The notes below the pieces were generated by a model, which was not told the DNA's origin, did not search any database, and was given only the letters and a program-made list of their open reading frames with translations. DNA of 43,647 bases from the NCBI GenBank assembly GCA_964639325.1, contig CAZXDO010000024.1, positions 1 through 43,647 of the forward strand, given 5' to 3'. Below are positions 42,471-43,647 of this stretch, piece after piece. Made by a program: the position numbers and the translations under genes. This DNA is from an uncultured Candidatus Saccharibacteria bacterium (lineage in GTDB: Bacteria; Patescibacteriota; Minisyncoccia; UBA6257; GWB1-50-10). Within the stretch, counting starts at the first letter, position 1. Each line of letters begins with the position of its first letter.

Positions 42471-43463
42471 TTATTTACGCTTTGCTGCGCGTTTAACTGA
42501 TTTTTTAATATCTTCAACACTCATTCCATATTTTTCAATTAACTCTTCCGGTTTCCCCGACTCTCCAAAAGTATCTTTTACTCCAATAAATTCAATTGGA
42601 GCCGGATTTTTCTTTGCCAAAAGCTCTGATACCGCCGAACCTAATCCCCCCAAAATATTATGTTCCTCAACTGTTACCACCGCGCCTGTTTTCCTTACAT
42701 ATTTTAAAATAGCTTCTTCATCCAAGGGTTTTATGGTGTGATTGTTTAAAACCACCGTTTCCAAACCCTCTTCTTCTAATTCTTTTGCGGCCAATAAGGC
42801 ATTGTAAGTGAGCCATCCGCAAGAAATTATCACCACTTCCGGTTTCTTGTTTTCCCAAAAAACTTGCGCCTTCCCGGGGATAAAAGGAGTTTCTTCAGTT
42901 GTAAAAACAGGTGTCTTGGGACGGGATACTCTAAGATAAACCGGCCCCCATATTTCCGTTGCCATAATTGTTGCTTTTTTTGCTTCTATTTCATCTGCCG
43001 GTACAATTACTTTCATATTAGGCATTGCTCTCATTGTGGCAATATCCTCAATAGCTTGATGAGTTGCCCCATCCGGACCCGTAGAAAGACCGGCGTGGTG
43101 GCCAACAATTTTTACATTAGAATCATTATAAGCAATTGTTGTTCTAATTTGCTCCCAGTTCCTGCCCGGAGAAAAAACTGCATAAGAAGCTATAAAAGGA
43201 ATTTTTCCGGAAACACCAAAGCCGGAAGCAATTCCTGCCATATTTTGTTCAGCCACTCCCACGTCAAAAAACCTTTCAGGAAACTTTTCGGCAAACCAAT
43301 GACTCCGAGTTGATTCTTTAAGATCTCCTGTTAAAACCGCTACATTTTCATTTTTTTCACCTGCCTCAACTACCCCTTTTCCATATCCATCCCTTACAGG
43401 AGACATCTTAACCTTTTCTTTATCAAAAAAATTAGGAACAATATGAGATTCCTTTTTCAGCAT
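42471..43463 (-). CDS. tkt: Transketolase, C-terminal (pyrimidine-binding) subunit
   Basis: GVAEQNMAGIASGF, HHAGLSTGPDGATHQ. Confidence 0.85.
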   Translation of the reverse strand: MLKKESHIVPNFFDKEKVKMSPVRDGYGKGVVEAGEKNENVAVLTGDLKESTRSHWFAEKFPERFFDVGVAEQNMAGIASGFGVSGKIPFIASYAVFSPGRNWEQIRTTIAYNDSNVKIVGHHAGLSTGPDGATHQAIEDIATMRAMPNMKVIVPADEIEAKKATIMATEIWGPVYLRVSRPKTPVFTTEETPFIPGKAQVFWENKKPEVVIISCGWLTYNALLAAKELEEEGLETVVLNNHTIKPLDEEAILKYVRKTGAVVTVEEHNILGGLGSAVSELLAKKNPAPIEFIGVKDTFGESGKPEELIEKYGMSVEDIKKSVKRAAKRK

Positions 43464-43554
43464 ACCTTAATTATCTCATATCTAAACACTTCCCTCAAGA
43501 ATAAATTTAAAAAGCATTCTCCTTATAACAAAACCTTAATTTAACCCCAAAAAG

Positions 43555-43563
43555 TTATCCACA
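43555..43563 (+). promoter_or_regulatory. Perfect DnaA-box 9-mer (TTATCCACA)
   Basis: ttatccaca lies within aaaaagttatccacaac, a 17-mer also present at 4702-4718. It is about 90 nt upstream of the transketolase C-half start. Confidence 0.3.
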
Positions 43564-43647
43564 ACGTTTAATATGAAATTCCACCAATACAACATTATTC
43601 CTGAAGACATAACAAAGGAATTAGTTAGTGAATAACTACCAAGCTGT

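Overview
This is an AT-rich, tightly packed bacterial window. The gene content and style suggest a small-genome, CPR/Patescibacteria-like organism, which is an inference. Supporting traits are a class II RNR, a split transketolase, PilM-like pilus genes, many K/E-rich low-complexity inserts and weak Shine-Dalgarno sequences.

Most genes are housekeeping:
- Nucleotide and cell-division genes: nrdJ, ftsZ-ftsA, ybeY, rpsU, a HIT protein, hisS, lepB, pth.
- A pilus-like cluster, followed by a CPA2 antiporter.
- A pentose-phosphate block: transketolase N-half, rpe, rpiB.
- A fused L,D-transpeptidase/DD-carboxypeptidase, and gap.
- Information-processing genes: dnaE, thrS, miaA, gatB, secE-nusG-rplK, gyrB, rpmE, rplY.
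- A coiled-coil lytic transglycosylase and prfA.
- A sugar-metabolism operon: transketolase C-half, PfkB kinase, an unknown gene, fba.

The unusual content is a high load of self-splicing and homing elements plus several odd architectures:
1. A 195-nt ORF-less group I intron splits the anticodon of a tRNA-Asn(GUU) gene.
2. A free-standing LAGLIDADG endonuclease gene starts 2 nt after a tRNA-Lys.
3. DnaE carries a LAGLIDADG intein.
4. GyrB carries an HNH-type intein.
5. FtsZ has an N-terminal Ros/MucR-like C2H2 zinc finger and a long basic tail.
6. A PaaX-like (wHTH plus Cas2-like domain) gene is bracketed by two copies of a 34-bp perfect palindrome.
7. RF1 lacks its N-terminal domain.
8. A 31-bp GC-rich palindromic repeat family and four perfect DnaA-box 9-mers lie in intergenic DNA.

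No CRISPR array, rRNA gene, transposase or integrase was seen. All protein calls come from motif recognition by eye on the supplied translations. No database search was run.
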